Assembly: GCA_964057225.1 (NCBI GenBank)
Contig: OZ059896.1
Coordinates: 7,750,001 to 7,814,000, forward strand
Origin: Auanema rhodensis
Taxonomy: Eukaryota > Animalia > Nematoda
Reading direction: 5' to 3'
Length of the DNA: 64,000 nt
The notes beneath the pieces are model-generated. The model searched no databases, was not told where the DNA came from, and saw nothing but the letters and a program-made list of their open reading frames with translations. Positions 14,635-26,874 of this stretch are shown piece by piece (the stretch's first letter is position 1; each line of letters opens with the position of its first letter). The position numbers were made by a program, and so were the translations under genes.

Positions 14635-15629
14635 AATTTCTAGTGAGTGTGCAACCTTCTTCGGACTGTAGGTGTGACCATTTTCTCTTTTTGTGCTCCG
14701 AATAAAAATGTACGACAAGGAAGTCAATATCATGCTGTCTAAAAATGTTATAACCAAAAGCTCGATAAAATCTGCCTTCCTGCTTTCCGATAAGACAATT
14801 ATTTCTTTGTCGTATGAACTAACTGGCGTGAAGATCCATTGCGAATAAGTCACATGTGGATTATTTTTTATTTATTTCAATTAATTTAGAGTGAGTAAAG
14901 ATGAGATGGAGTTTTTATTATCGAAGGACTTTTCAAATATGCATTTAGTGTAGAATCTTCTGCTGACGTAAAAGATTTGATATTCATTGAACATATTCAA
15001 TTTTTGTTCTAGGATCTATATCTAGAAAGCGACAATGGATTGATACAGAGCTGCAATTGGTACCTATGAAACTGGTTTCTCGAATGATCCAATATGCCTG
15101 GTTTTATACAAAAGGAGACAATATGAAAAGATCGGCTATTCCGGTGGCAAAAAATTTGGCAATTAACTTCCGTCATGGTGTAAATAAGAAATTAGTAGAA
15201 GACGATTCCATTAAACTTTTGTCATATGAAAACCCGCAAGTGGTTGTTGATACTTGCGTAGTACTGATTGATGATGTCTGCGATTTTATTGTTCTTGAAT
15301 CTAAATCCTGAAATTGGGTGGGGATTTTTTGTGTCCTAGGAATCTCGGGTGTTATGACATGATGATAATGGTTTGATTATTGATCGTTTTATGCTTTGAG
15401 TGCTCTTCGAGAGTAAAGTAAGCTTGAAGTCTTCAATGTTATGGATTAACGTTGTATTTGTAGAATATCTCGCATCAAGTCAAGGAACATACGGGAGCTA
15501 TTTTTATTGAAAATTGTTAAGGCACTTTTCTCGACCATTCGGAGCATCTATGTATTTTGACTTTGTTTTAATGGGATATACAATGATATACAGTCATGTG
15601 CGAAAATCCTCGGACAACTCTTAGAAACC

Positions 15630-16265
15630 TTTATATCTTTTGAGACAAACTAGAAAAACTCAGAAAAAACATATGTTAAGTGTTAACAAACGATAATGAA
15701 TTCAGAAAAAAATTGAAACAATCAAAAAACCATGTTTTCATCACAAAAATCAAAAGTATTTTCTGGAGTCTTTGAAATTTTCTGCTTCTGCTTCAAGCCT
15801 TCTTTAATGAATTTCATAAGTTTCATCAAAACTTCGAACATAATCTTTGGATAGAATGTTAAGAGTAAACTAAACGTCTATTTTTCTTTTAAACGGGAGA
15901 ATTTGGTTGTAAGTTAACCAAGTTCTCATCATAGATATTCAGTAAGATTCAGATGCTGAAGCTTATTTGTTTGAAGCTATGCTGCAGAAAAAAACCTATT
16001 TAGTAATCCTGTTTGAAGCTTAGAATCATTTTAAAATATTTTTAATGAATTAACATGTTCCTAATCTCAAATTTTAATATTATTTTATTTGAATTATTCA
16101 AAATAATCAAAAAACACTATTTTCCTTATAAATTTAGAAATAAAATTATTAAAATCAGTTTTATTAACATATATTTTGACTGATTATAAACTATATGAAC
16201 TCGCAACATTTTTAAAAATTAAAAAATATTTTTTTTTTAGTTTCAACGGGTTTTCAGGGGCCTCT
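15630..16265 (-). repeat. Right arm of the 636-bp inverted repeat
   Basis: Ends ...gtttcaacgggttttcaggggcctct; reverse complement of 13999-14634. Confidence 0.95.
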
Positions 16266-16399
16266 AACATAGTTGTGTGCAACCTTCATCGTACAGGACT
16301 GTAAGCATAAAGAAAGTGCCAGGACGAAGGCATCACAAATCGAGAGAAGGAGAAAGAGAGAGTAGTTTTTTTACTTTTTTTGTGTAAAAAAAAGAAAAA

Positions 16400-16731
16400 T
16401 GAATTCATCCCAGTATTCTTTCACAATCTAAAAGGTTATGATTCACATTTCATTTTTGTAGATCTTCAAAGTACTAAATTTTTAAGAAAATACGAAATAG
16501 ATTTTAAGAACATTTCTTGTAACTCAGAAAAGTTTATGAGCTTTAGTTATTATTCACCTTTTTTGACGGAGAATGCTTGGGAAGGATGTGAAGTAAGATT
16601 TCTAGGTTCTATGAGTTTCATGTTATCTTCATTAGATAAACTTGCAGAAAATTTGAATGACAAACAAATGGATAAAAAGTATTACGATTGTCAAGATGTC
16701 ATTAAAATTATGAAGAAAAAATGTATTTATC
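16400..16731 (+). pseudogene. Fragment of protein-primed family B DNA polymerase (Maverick/Polinton/adintovirus type)
   Basis: Intronless FIPVFFHNLKGYDSHFIF (Exo II-type motif)...NSEKFMSFS...RFLGSMSFMLSSLDKLAENL...KKCIY, truncated at the KGxYPY motif. The usual RFLDS Asp appears as Gly. Confidence 0.88.
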
Positions 16732-17021
16732 TGAATCTTTCCAAGAAAAACAATGTTTATTCAAGCTTTTTCGTCTTTTTTTTAAACTCTTAATTGAAAT
16801 TTTCCCATGAAAATCAAAATAGAACAAGTTTTTTCTCAGGTATGATGATAATGCTTTAAAGTATGTGTTAACACAACTCTATATATATATATATATATAT
16901 ATAGATATAGATAGATATATGTCAAGCTGTACTTAGCTGTACTATATATTCTTGAAAAAAAAATCTAAAAAAGTTCAATTAGAAAACAACCTTTGGAAAG
17001 ATTCAAGGTTTGATCTATCTA
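16732..17021 (+). repeat. Direct repeat A' (copy of 13691-13981)
   Basis: Near-identical to 13691-13981; bridges the pPolB fragment and the promoter of collagen copy 1. Confidence 0.95.
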
Positions 17022-17098
17022 CACGACATTGACGGAAAGGACACGCTAAATGCAATGCCATAAGTTCGAAAGGCGGTCCGGTTGGATGGTACGACGAG

Positions 17099-17105
17099 TA
17101 TATAA
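17099..17105 (+). promoter_or_regulatory. TATA box of collagen copy 1
   Basis: GTATATAAG about 40 bp upstream of the ATG at 17143. Confidence 0.7.
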
Positions 17106-17142
17106 GGCAATCGGTTCGTTGGAATAGGCAGAAGCTCCAAAG

Positions 17143-18097
17143 ATGGATTTGGAACATCGTGTCAAGGCTTACCGCTTCGTCGCCTACTCGGCTGTTACCT
17201 TCTCGGTTGTCGCCGTCCTTTCAGTCTGCGTAACCCTCCCAATGGTTTACAACTATGTACACCACGTAAAGAGAAGTATGCACAACGAGATCAACTTCTG
17301 CAAGGTTTGAAGATTCTACCAATTCCACCGATTCTTATGTTATATCATTCTAGGGATCCGCTAAGGATATCTGGTCCGAGGTTAACCACCTTAAGAATCT
17401 CCCATCTGGAAACAGAACTGCCCGTCAAGCTGGATATGGATCTGAAGATGTTGCCGTCACCGGAGGATCCGCTTCAGGAGGATGTGATGCTTGCTGTCTT
17501 CCAGGACCAGCTGGACCAGCTGGAACCCCAGGAAAGCCAGGAAGACCAGGAAAGCCAGGAGCTCCAGGACTCCCAGGAAACCCAGGACGTCCACCACAGC
17601 AACCATGTGACCCAATCACCCCACCACCATGCAAGCCATGCCCAGCTGGACCACCAGGACCACCAGGAGCCCCAGGACAGCCAGGAGATGCTGGAATTCC
17701 AGGACAACCAGGACAACCAGGACAAGACGCCGCCCCAGGAGCCCCAGGACCAAAGGGAGCCCCAGGACCAGCCGGAAACCCAGGAGCCCCAGGAGCCCCA
17801 GGACAGCCAGGACAAGACGCTCCATCCGAGCCAATCCTCCCAGGAGAGCCAGGACCACAAGGAGCCCCAGGACCACAAGGACCACCAGGACAGCCAGGAC
17901 AACCAGGACAAGACGGAGCTCCAGGAGCCCCAGGACCAAAGGGACCAAACGGACAACCAGGACAACCAGGATCCGACGGAAACCCAGGAGCCCCAGGACC
18001 AGCTGGACCACCAGGAGGAGCCGGAGAGAAGGGTATCTGCCCCAAGTACTGCGCCATCGACGGAGGTGTCTTCTTCGAGGACGGAACACGCCGTTAA
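17143..18097 (+). CDS. Nematode cuticle collagen, copy 1 (exons 17143-17304, 17354-18097)
   Basis: [54 protein letters not shown]|[10 protein letters not shown]...RTAR (furin-type site)...[10 protein letters not shown], Gly-X-Y repeats, ...[24 protein letters not shown]. 49-bp intron. Confidence 0.97.
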
Positions 18098-18349
18098 GCA
18101 GCTTCTACAACGATCTACAAAAAGAATTCGGAGTCTTTACTCTAGTCAATTTTTTGAAAATAAAGACTTCTCACTCAATATTATCTTAAATCTTTGGTAA
18201 TCACACACACACACATTACAATAACATTCAAATGAATAGAATCATAAGAAAAAACATCGAATAGAAAGCAAATATATAAGTATAACTAGTATTTATTTCA
18301 AAAATACTTATTCAATTCATGAATAAGATAGATAACATTAACATTTCTC

Positions 18350-18532
18350 CCAATGAGTTCCTTGATCTTCTGAAGAATCTAAATTCACAATTCCTACTTC
18401 TCTTGGCTGTATTTGAGCAGGCAAAGTGTCTCTCAGAAAGACTCCACGGAAATTTTTAATTTCTAACACATTAACAAGCTCTTCGATTTCAGAGTTGGTT
18501 AATGGCTTCTGATCTTTCAAAAATTTCGTCAT
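18350..18532 (-). pseudogene. N-terminal fragment of adenain-like cysteine protease (Maverick/adintovirus PRO)
   Basis: PLTNSEIEELVNVLEIKNFRGVFLRDTLP...EVGIVNLDSSEDQGTHW. Truncated right after the catalytic-His motif GTHW, where the collagen 3' flank begins. Confidence 0.85.
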
Positions 18533-18544
18533 TTAGTAGTATAA

Positions 18545-18604
18545 TTTTATTGAAAATTGTTAAGGCACTTTTCTCGACCATTCCGACCATCTATGTATTT
18601 TGAC
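18545..18604 (+). repeat. 60-bp copy of 15502-15561 (internal segment of the TIR element)
   Basis: ttttattgaaaattgttaaggcacttttctcgaccattc.ga.catctatgtattttgac, 2 mismatches. Confidence 0.9.
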
Positions 18605-19624
18605 CACATTTTCAAAGAGTTCAGACTGTTTTTAATTAAAAATAAGCCTGAAAATGGCTTAAAAATGTAAAAAATGAGGATGAGCGAAAAGGTGCGCTAG
18701 AACGGCATAATATCCATTATTAAACAAGTTTCTTAGCAAGGTCATCTGATGATCAAAATACATATCCTGAAGGTAGATAGATAATGCAGATACTAGAGAG
18801 AAAAGAGTATGAAATAGTGCAATATCTTTTGATTTAAACTATTTTGGTTTACAAGGACAAAGATGAAATTATGTCTCTGTGTGTGTGTTTTTTTCTGTTG
18901 TTTGAGACCCAAAGAGATGTGTTATCTGTGAAATATGAAAGAACATGTGTAATAATATATGAAATAAGAGAAAATATTTTAATTTATATGATATAAATTA
19001 TATTTTGAAACAAACAAAATGAATTTATAATAACAATAATACTATATGTAATCGTTTTCTTATTCATTTATAATTTAGTATTGGTTAAGAAGAAGAAAAA
19101 AACTTGCTTGAAACATACGATATCCGAATTTTCAGCATTGAGATCGGCATTATCGCTGATTGTTTAGAACAAAAAAGAAAAGAAAAAAGGAAATCATTTC
19201 AATTGAAAAGTCGTTAATGTTTGAAAAAATGAAAATCGTGTTATCGATGTAACTTCTTATTTGGTGGTTAAGCTGATTATAGTAGAATACTCCTTAGTGG
19301 TTTGTATTATCAAAGGTTGCTTCCTCGTATTAGTTAAAACCTCAAACGGTTCGCCAAAGAAATTGCCCATAGTTTTACATTCATTTGCCTATTTGCGTAC
19401 AAGTTGTTGTAATAATTGAAAAGTTTTGGAAAATGGCTATTTTTTTGGGGGCCGAAAGATGATGTTGATCAGAAAGCGCATCAAGGGAGAAAGTACACAG
19501 CCTGTTTCTTTTGTATGAGACATCATGTGAAGTGAAGAGATTCCCTACACAACGTTGACGGAAAGGACACGCTAAATGCAATGCCATAAGTTCGAAAGGC
19601 GGTCCGGTTGGATGGTACGACGAG

Positions 19625-19631
19625 TATATAA
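19625..19631 (+). promoter_or_regulatory. TATA box of collagen copy 2
   Basis: GTATATAAG about 40 bp upstream of the ATG at 19669. Confidence 0.7.
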
Positions 19632-19668
19632 GGCAATCGGTTCGTTGGAATAGGCAGAAGCTCCAAAG

Positions 19669-20623
19669 ATGGATTTGGAACATCGTGTCAAGGCTTACCG
19701 CTTCGTCGCCTACTCGGCTGTTACCTTCTCGGTTGTCGCCGTCCTTTCAGTCTGCGTAACCCTCCCAATGGTTTACAACTATGTACACCACGTAAAGAGA
19801 AGTATGCACAACGAGATCAACTTCTGCAAGGTTTGAAGATTCTACCAACTCCACCGATTCTTATGTTAAATCATTCTAGGGATCCGCTAAGGATATCTGG
19901 TCCGAGGTTAACCACCTTAAGAATCTCCCATCTGGAAACAGAACTGCCCGTCAAGCTGGATATGGATCTGAAGATGTTGCCGTCACCGGAGGATCCGCTT
20001 CAGGAGGATGTGATGCTTGCTGTCTTCCAGGACCAGCTGGACCAGCTGGAACCCCAGGAAAGCCAGGAAGACCAGGAAAGCCAGGAGCTCCAGGACTCCC
20101 AGGAAACCCAGGACGTCCACCACAGCAACCATGTGACCCAATCACCCCACCACCATGCAAGCCATGCCCAGCTGGACCACCAGGACCACCAGGAGCCCCA
20201 GGACAGCCAGGAGATGCTGGAATTCCAGGACAACCAGGACAACCAGGACAAGACGCCGCCCCAGGAGCCCCAGGACCAAAGGGAGCCCCAGGACCAGCCG
20301 GAAACCCAGGAGCCCCAGGAGCCCCAGGACAGCCAGGACAAGACGCTCCATCCGAGCCAATCCTCCCAGGAGAGCCAGGACCACAAGGAGCCCCAGGACC
20401 ACAAGGACCACCAGGACAACCAGGACAACCAGGACAAGACGGAGCTCCAGGAGCCCCAGGACCAAAGGGACCAAACGGACAACCAGGACAACCAGGATCC
20501 GACGGAAACCCAGGAGCCCCAGGACCAGCTGGACCACCAGGAGGAGCCGGAGAGAAGGGTATCTGCCCCAAGTACTGCGCCATCGACGGAGGTGTCTTCT
20601 TCGAGGACGGAACACGCCGTTAA
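19669..20623 (+). CDS. Nematode cuticle collagen, copy 2 (exons 19669-19830, 19880-20623)
   Basis: Same protein as copy 1. The duplicated block is 17019-18350 versus 19545-20878. Confidence 0.97.
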
Positions 20624-23020
20624 GCAGCTTCTACAACGATCTACAAAAAGAATTCGGAGTCTTTACTCTAGTCAATTTTTTGAAAATAAAGACTTCTCAC
20701 TCAATATTATCTTAAATCTTTGGTAATCACACACACACACACATTACAATAACATTCAAATGAATAGAATCATAAGAAAAAACATCGAATAGAAAGCAAA
20801 TATATAAGTATAACTAGTATTTATTTCAAAAATACTTATTCAATTCATGAATAAGATAGATAACATTAACATTTCTCCTTGAAATGCTAAATTGGTTTCC
20901 ATTTACATGCATAAATCTTCCAATTATTCTTTTCTTCACATTCCATTTCCTTTTTTTTCAAAACGAAATTGTCACTCAAACAGGTTCTCCATGTTCTTCG
21001 ATACTGAACGACTAAAAGTAAAAGTAAACTTTTCAATTCAACATTTTCTTTAATTCTTATCGTAATATACGACGATGGTATATAGGATTGAATTAACAAG
21101 AAGGAACTGAAACGATTTCTGAGAAGAAAAGTCAGAAAAACTATAAGAAACAGTTCCGTTTATTATCAAGATGTTTCTTTAAACGAATATTTTTAAATCC
21201 TATTTCGATAAATGGCAAGTTTATTTCAGAAATCGAATTGAAACACATCATAGTTCATCAAATAAAAAAGCTTAGGTGGTTGCTAAACGTTTACAATAAA
21301 AATCAATAAAATAAATATTATATTGATTACTCGTATATATAATATAATATTAATTTAATCTTATAAATATATTATAAATAATAATATATAATATTAAATT
21401 GAATAAATACCTAGATCTAATATTATACGATTATTATATGAATTAATTTCATATTTTATATATTTTTATATGAATTATTATTATTTTTGTTTAATATTAT
21501 AATAATGAAAAACAAAAAAAAATTGTTTTCTTTATAAATATTTTTTTAATTTTCATTCAAATAGCTTTGTAGATTAATTTCTTCTTAAGAAGTCCAGCTG
21601 TTTCTCAGGTATCATCTTGTCTTTCTGTTTAAAAAAAATCGAGTTTTGTGCCTAGGACAGCCAGTTTTTTCCGTAGAAATACATGGCTTTTCATTAATTT
21701 CTATTGGATATTTAATAAAAATGGAAAAAAAATGGGAATCTTCTAGAAATAGATGAATATTTTTCTAAATAATTATGATTAACAAGAAAAGGGCAGATGA
21801 TTAGTGAGACTTCTATCAGAAATATTCTCAAAGTTATTATTTGAAAGCTTTCTCAAAACTTTTGAAAAAAAAAACAACAAAAATAAAATGAAAAATACCT
21901 GTATGAGTGTTATTTTATTTTTTAAATAATTTTAAAAATTTCTTTATACAATGAATTATTTTTCATTAAAACTTTGATAACTTTAAAATACGTTATATTT
22001 ATTTCAATTTTATATAAAATAATTATATTAATATTATAATAATATTATATTAAAAATAATAAAAATAACATATAATATTAAGTATTATTATGTGTAATAA
22101 AAATTTATTCTTCTTTTATTAGTTTTACTTTATTTTATTTATTATTAAAATAATAATAATAAATTATATTTAAGTATTAATTAAATTTTTTTTTTAAATT
22201 TTCATTAATTGGTAACTTTATTTCTTCAACGCTTGATGCTTGATGTTATGTATATTTTTAAAAAATAATATTACTTAAAAGAAAATTAAAAAAAACTTAT
22301 ATGTTATATTTAATAAATATTATAATAAATAATAATAAATTATTATTATTTAAATAATGATAATTTTCAATCTCATGCCATTATCTAATTTTGATTAGAT
22401 GACACATTTATAATCCAAATAATATTATTATTTAGAAAAATTAAATTATTATAGTGTAAACTTTATTTTATAATTTATTGGATTATAGTTATTTCTTATC
22501 TTTTCATGAACATCTATAACTATCTTTCATAAATTTATACAATAGTTTCTAAGTGAAATTATATAAAAATTGTATAAAAACAAATAAATATAAATATTTT
22601 ATATAATTAATTATATTTATATATAATTTTTAATTTAAATCTTAAAATATTCTAAGATACATTCATATTTATTGAAATATTTATTCTTTTCAAAACCATT
22701 TTATGAGTTTTAACATGCAAATTTCTATTGTAAACTATTTCTAATATATGTGATCCATGATCCATTATTCATGATTAATTCGAATTTTCTTATTTAAACA
22801 TATTTTTAAAAAAAAGTTTTTAAAAGTTTATAAAATAAAATTTAAAATTGAATAAATTAATTTATATACACATAGATATATAGATATATTAAAACTACAA
22901 TATTAATCTATATAATATGTATAAAACTACTGTAATAGTAGATTTTTATCATAAGAAATACTAAATTAACTGGTTTACTGTATCGTTTAGTTTAGACAAT
23001 GTGTGTTTGTTTGGAAAGTT

Positions 23021-23059
<39 letters not shown>

Positions 23060-26000
23060 TATATAATATAGTACATATAATAGTAGTAATATTATATATT
23101 ATTATATTATATTATTATAAAAATATAAAAACAAGTTTTTGTTCTATTTATTTCGCCTCTCCCTTTCCTTATTTGGAATTTCATTGATGAAAAGTTCGAA
23201 AAGTTTCAATCATGATGAGCATTCTTGACATGCGAATTCAGAAAAAATTATGATATCATATATTGATTCTACGGTTCCACTTAATCCATCTTTCAATTTG
23301 AGGTTTTGACGTCAAAAGACCATATGAAGAATAAATAAAAAGCATGAGATATACTTGTAAGGAAAGAAGTTCCAGAATTGACGTCACACTCATAGTAATC
23401 ATCACTGTTAAACACAATGCATTGTTAGAACAAGAAACCTTTTTTCCCAAACTATTTACATCATATAAAGTTTTTTTTGGATTTTAATTTTTTTTCTCTC
23501 AAAATAGAAGATTTGAATTAAAATTTGCAATAAACTTATCGCAGCTATGAAGACATCTGCAACATTACGCTGAACCTGAGAATAAGAAATCGAAAGAAAT
23601 ATAAAATACTCCAAAGAGCGATGTTGAAAGAGAAAGAGGGGAAGAGATAAGCCACTTTATGTTGTATTCTTATGAGAAAATTAAAATTTTTTCCAAGGAT
23701 ATTTGGACAATATTCATTGGACTTTTTGGCGTTAAAATTAAATTTTTTAGTTTCTTTCTCTATTTCTTTAAATTTTCATTAAAATTTTCCAATCTTTTTA
23801 TGTTTCTATATCATTGTAAAACTCTAAGGCCATCTAGTTCTTATCAGAAGTCAGTAAAAGTGTGATTTAATATTCTTAAAATACTTCTAAAAACAATTTT
23901 TAATGAAAATATCATTGTGTTCAAACATAAAAACAGGCATTCCCTAAGATCTTAAGATCATTCTTATTCAAACATTAAAATATAAATTATATAAAATAAA
24001 ATATTTTAAATAGTATAATATGTATAATTTATATATTATAAAATAAATCTATAAGAATATTATAATATTATTTAAATAATGATTAATTATATAATTATAA
24101 TTAAGTTGAAAAGAAATAAGATCAGGGTTGGATGGAACATGATATAAACAGTTAAATTACTTATAAATATTATAAATCATAAGAATAATTGAAATGAAAA
24201 GTTATTATTATCTTTGTCTATCAATTGTTGTCAAACCAATAACATGTTTAATATATAACATATTAATCAGATTATATATGTATATAACTATATATATATA
24301 TATAGTTATATAGTTAATATATAAAAGTTTAAAAGATTATATTTAAATAATAATTATAATTAAAATAATATATAATATGTATATTCCCTCTGTTTTTCTT
24401 TCATCGAATATAGTATACTATCATTTGCTTTGATGATGAAAATGAGCAAAACATCATATCTTTGTAATGCTAAATCAAAAGAATATAAGGTTTTTACACT
24501 AAAAAAATAAGTTTTTCATCTAAGAATTACAAACAATTTCTCAATTTTCACAGTTTATTAAGATTTTAAGAACAATTATTTGATGAAGGATATATAAATA
24601 CTTTTAATATTTAATATTTATACAAAATTATAATAATATATAATTTATATGAATATTTATATATTATAATATTTAATTCAAAAATCCATATTTTCATTTA
24701 ATATAATATAATTTTACTGTAATTTCCCCCCATGTTTAGGAAATGAATCAGATGTTACAAAAGTGTTTTAAGAACAAATGTTTCCTGAATATTTATTTAA
24801 GAAATGAATTGATCTTGACATTTTTTAAAAAAAAATCAAAAATATTCATGTGTTCGATAAAAAATTCATTACCTTTAAACTGAAGTGATATCATGTTCTT
24901 ATCTACCGTAATACACGAATTCTTTGGTTTATTGTTCATTTCTAGCGATTTGTAGAACACGACTATGTTAAAGGAAAAGAAAAGATCCTTTTTGATCGTT
25001 AAAAAGACGTTTTTTACCCTTTTAATCAAGAATCAAGTAATTTATTGTTCCCATATTAAACTTGAAAGAAAAAAAAGTTTGATTGTCTTGTACAATTACA
25101 ACAATAAGAAGAAAGATCTTAGCTGATCTTGCGATATCAGTTAATATCCTTAGGTTTTACTATTTATATTAAACAATCTACTGTAATGAAATGAAATAAT
25201 ATTTCAAATATTTGATAAAAATCATATCAAGTTTATTATATTAATTGCTTAAGTTCAAGTTGAATAAAAAAAAGTTGAAACATCTTTGGAAATTGCTAAA
25301 TTTTAACTTCAGCTGTTTTAATCATTAACCGCATGTTGTTATAAAGGGGAAAATGATAGGAAAAGATGTTTGATAACTGATCTTCTAATCACCAAAATCA
25401 ATTCTAAACATAAATTTCTCTTTCAGATTTTCTACATCTGCTACTATCTTTCTCCCTATCCACTACATTTCCTTTTGAAGCTTTTACCACTACTCATTTC
25501 TCTATCATCTCCTGCTCGGTCTTTCGTTTTCTTTATTTCTCTCTCTCTTTCTCTCTCGCAATATTTTTCTTACTCTCCCTCTTATAATCTTATTTTCCTA
25601 TTAACTTCCACTTATTCTTTCCTATTTCTGCTTTTCTTTCAAATAATTTTGCACCGGGACACAGGTTTCAGATCGGGGATACCCCACCGGCCGTCCGATA
25701 GAACGGGATTTCCTATTGCACACAGAAAGCTGCCACGTGATATCTTTGCAAGGCGTCGAGATTCTGTATTCCATGACAACGGTAACGGTATCGTCGTTGA
25801 ATATGATGACGAATTAGACAGAGAATATGAACTAGAGAGAATGAGATGGGAAAAAGGGGGGGGGGGAGACAGTAGAATTGACTGATTATGAATCCATCTA
25901 TATCAACATCATCCAAATGCTAGTTTTAAGATCAAAGAGAGAATGATAAAAAACAAAAAAAAAGAAACAAGACAAAGATAGAAAACTATATACATATAGT

Positions 26001-26842
26001 TATAAATAGATATATTAATAAAACCAACAATTATTATAACAGAAGTATTAATCAATATTTTACAAATTTATTTTTAATTTTTATTTATTTTATATTTTCC
26101 AAATACATAGTAATGATCTGATTATTATTTGAATTTTTCTAATTTTAAATCATTTTTCTTCATATTTTCTCAAATATTTCTTAAATGTATAAGCTGTTGT
26201 TTTATTCAATTGATTGCAAGGCTAGAAGAAATTGATGATGAGTGATAATTATCAAAACAAACCGTACAAAGGCCGGATATATCACCTAACCAACCGTATA
26301 GTCAATCGAGCGAGGCCTAACTGACTGATTTGTATTGTGATGATGATGATGATGAAGAAAAAGAAGAAGAAGATGTCGTCACGGACTTTCTAGTTTCTTC
26401 ATCTCTTGTTATCAATTCAAATCATTTGAAGGAGTTCATACATCTCTATTCATAGTCCTTTATGTCTCTTTTACTCTCATTATGTCCTCCTTTACTTATT
26501 TGATATTTCTTTCTTTATATCTTTTACTCTCTATAATCTTCAATACTAACTTATCATTCATTTAACTCTTTTCCGTCTAAATAGCCTTTCCCCCTTTTTT
26601 CCTTTAGTATCCTCTCTTTTATTCCATTTAAACATACCTGATTATATATGTCTTTCTTTTCTTTTCTTTCTATTTATCTTCTTCTTCCTATTCTTCTTCT
26701 TCTTTATCAACACATCTCATTCTTGTTCTTCAAAGATCATTTGTTGATTTTTTCATTTGTAGTTTTAGAATATCCATTATCAATTATCTCTTTTTGTACT
26801 TTTTATATATCAAAAAGATACATAGATATCTGTATTTTAATC

Positions 26843-26874
<32 letters not shown>

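Larger units (their letters stand above)
13999..16265. mobile_element. Putative non-autonomous TIR element (possible Maverick/Polinton deletion derivative)
   Basis: Long TIRs with AG...CT outer termini, about 1 kb internal segment, adjacent to a pPolB fragment. No target-site duplication seen. Confidence 0.5.

Noticed and set aside
13691-17021. LTR retrotransposon interpretation of the A/A' direct repeats
   Set aside because: No TG...CA pair, PBS or RT/gag sequence; the interior is TIR/pPolB type.
17307-20726. Long Q/D/E-rich, W/S-rich, L/V-rich and R/T-rich ORFs in alternative frames
   Set aside because: Shadow frames of the GGA-CCA-biased collagen repeats; the true frame is the spliced collagen.
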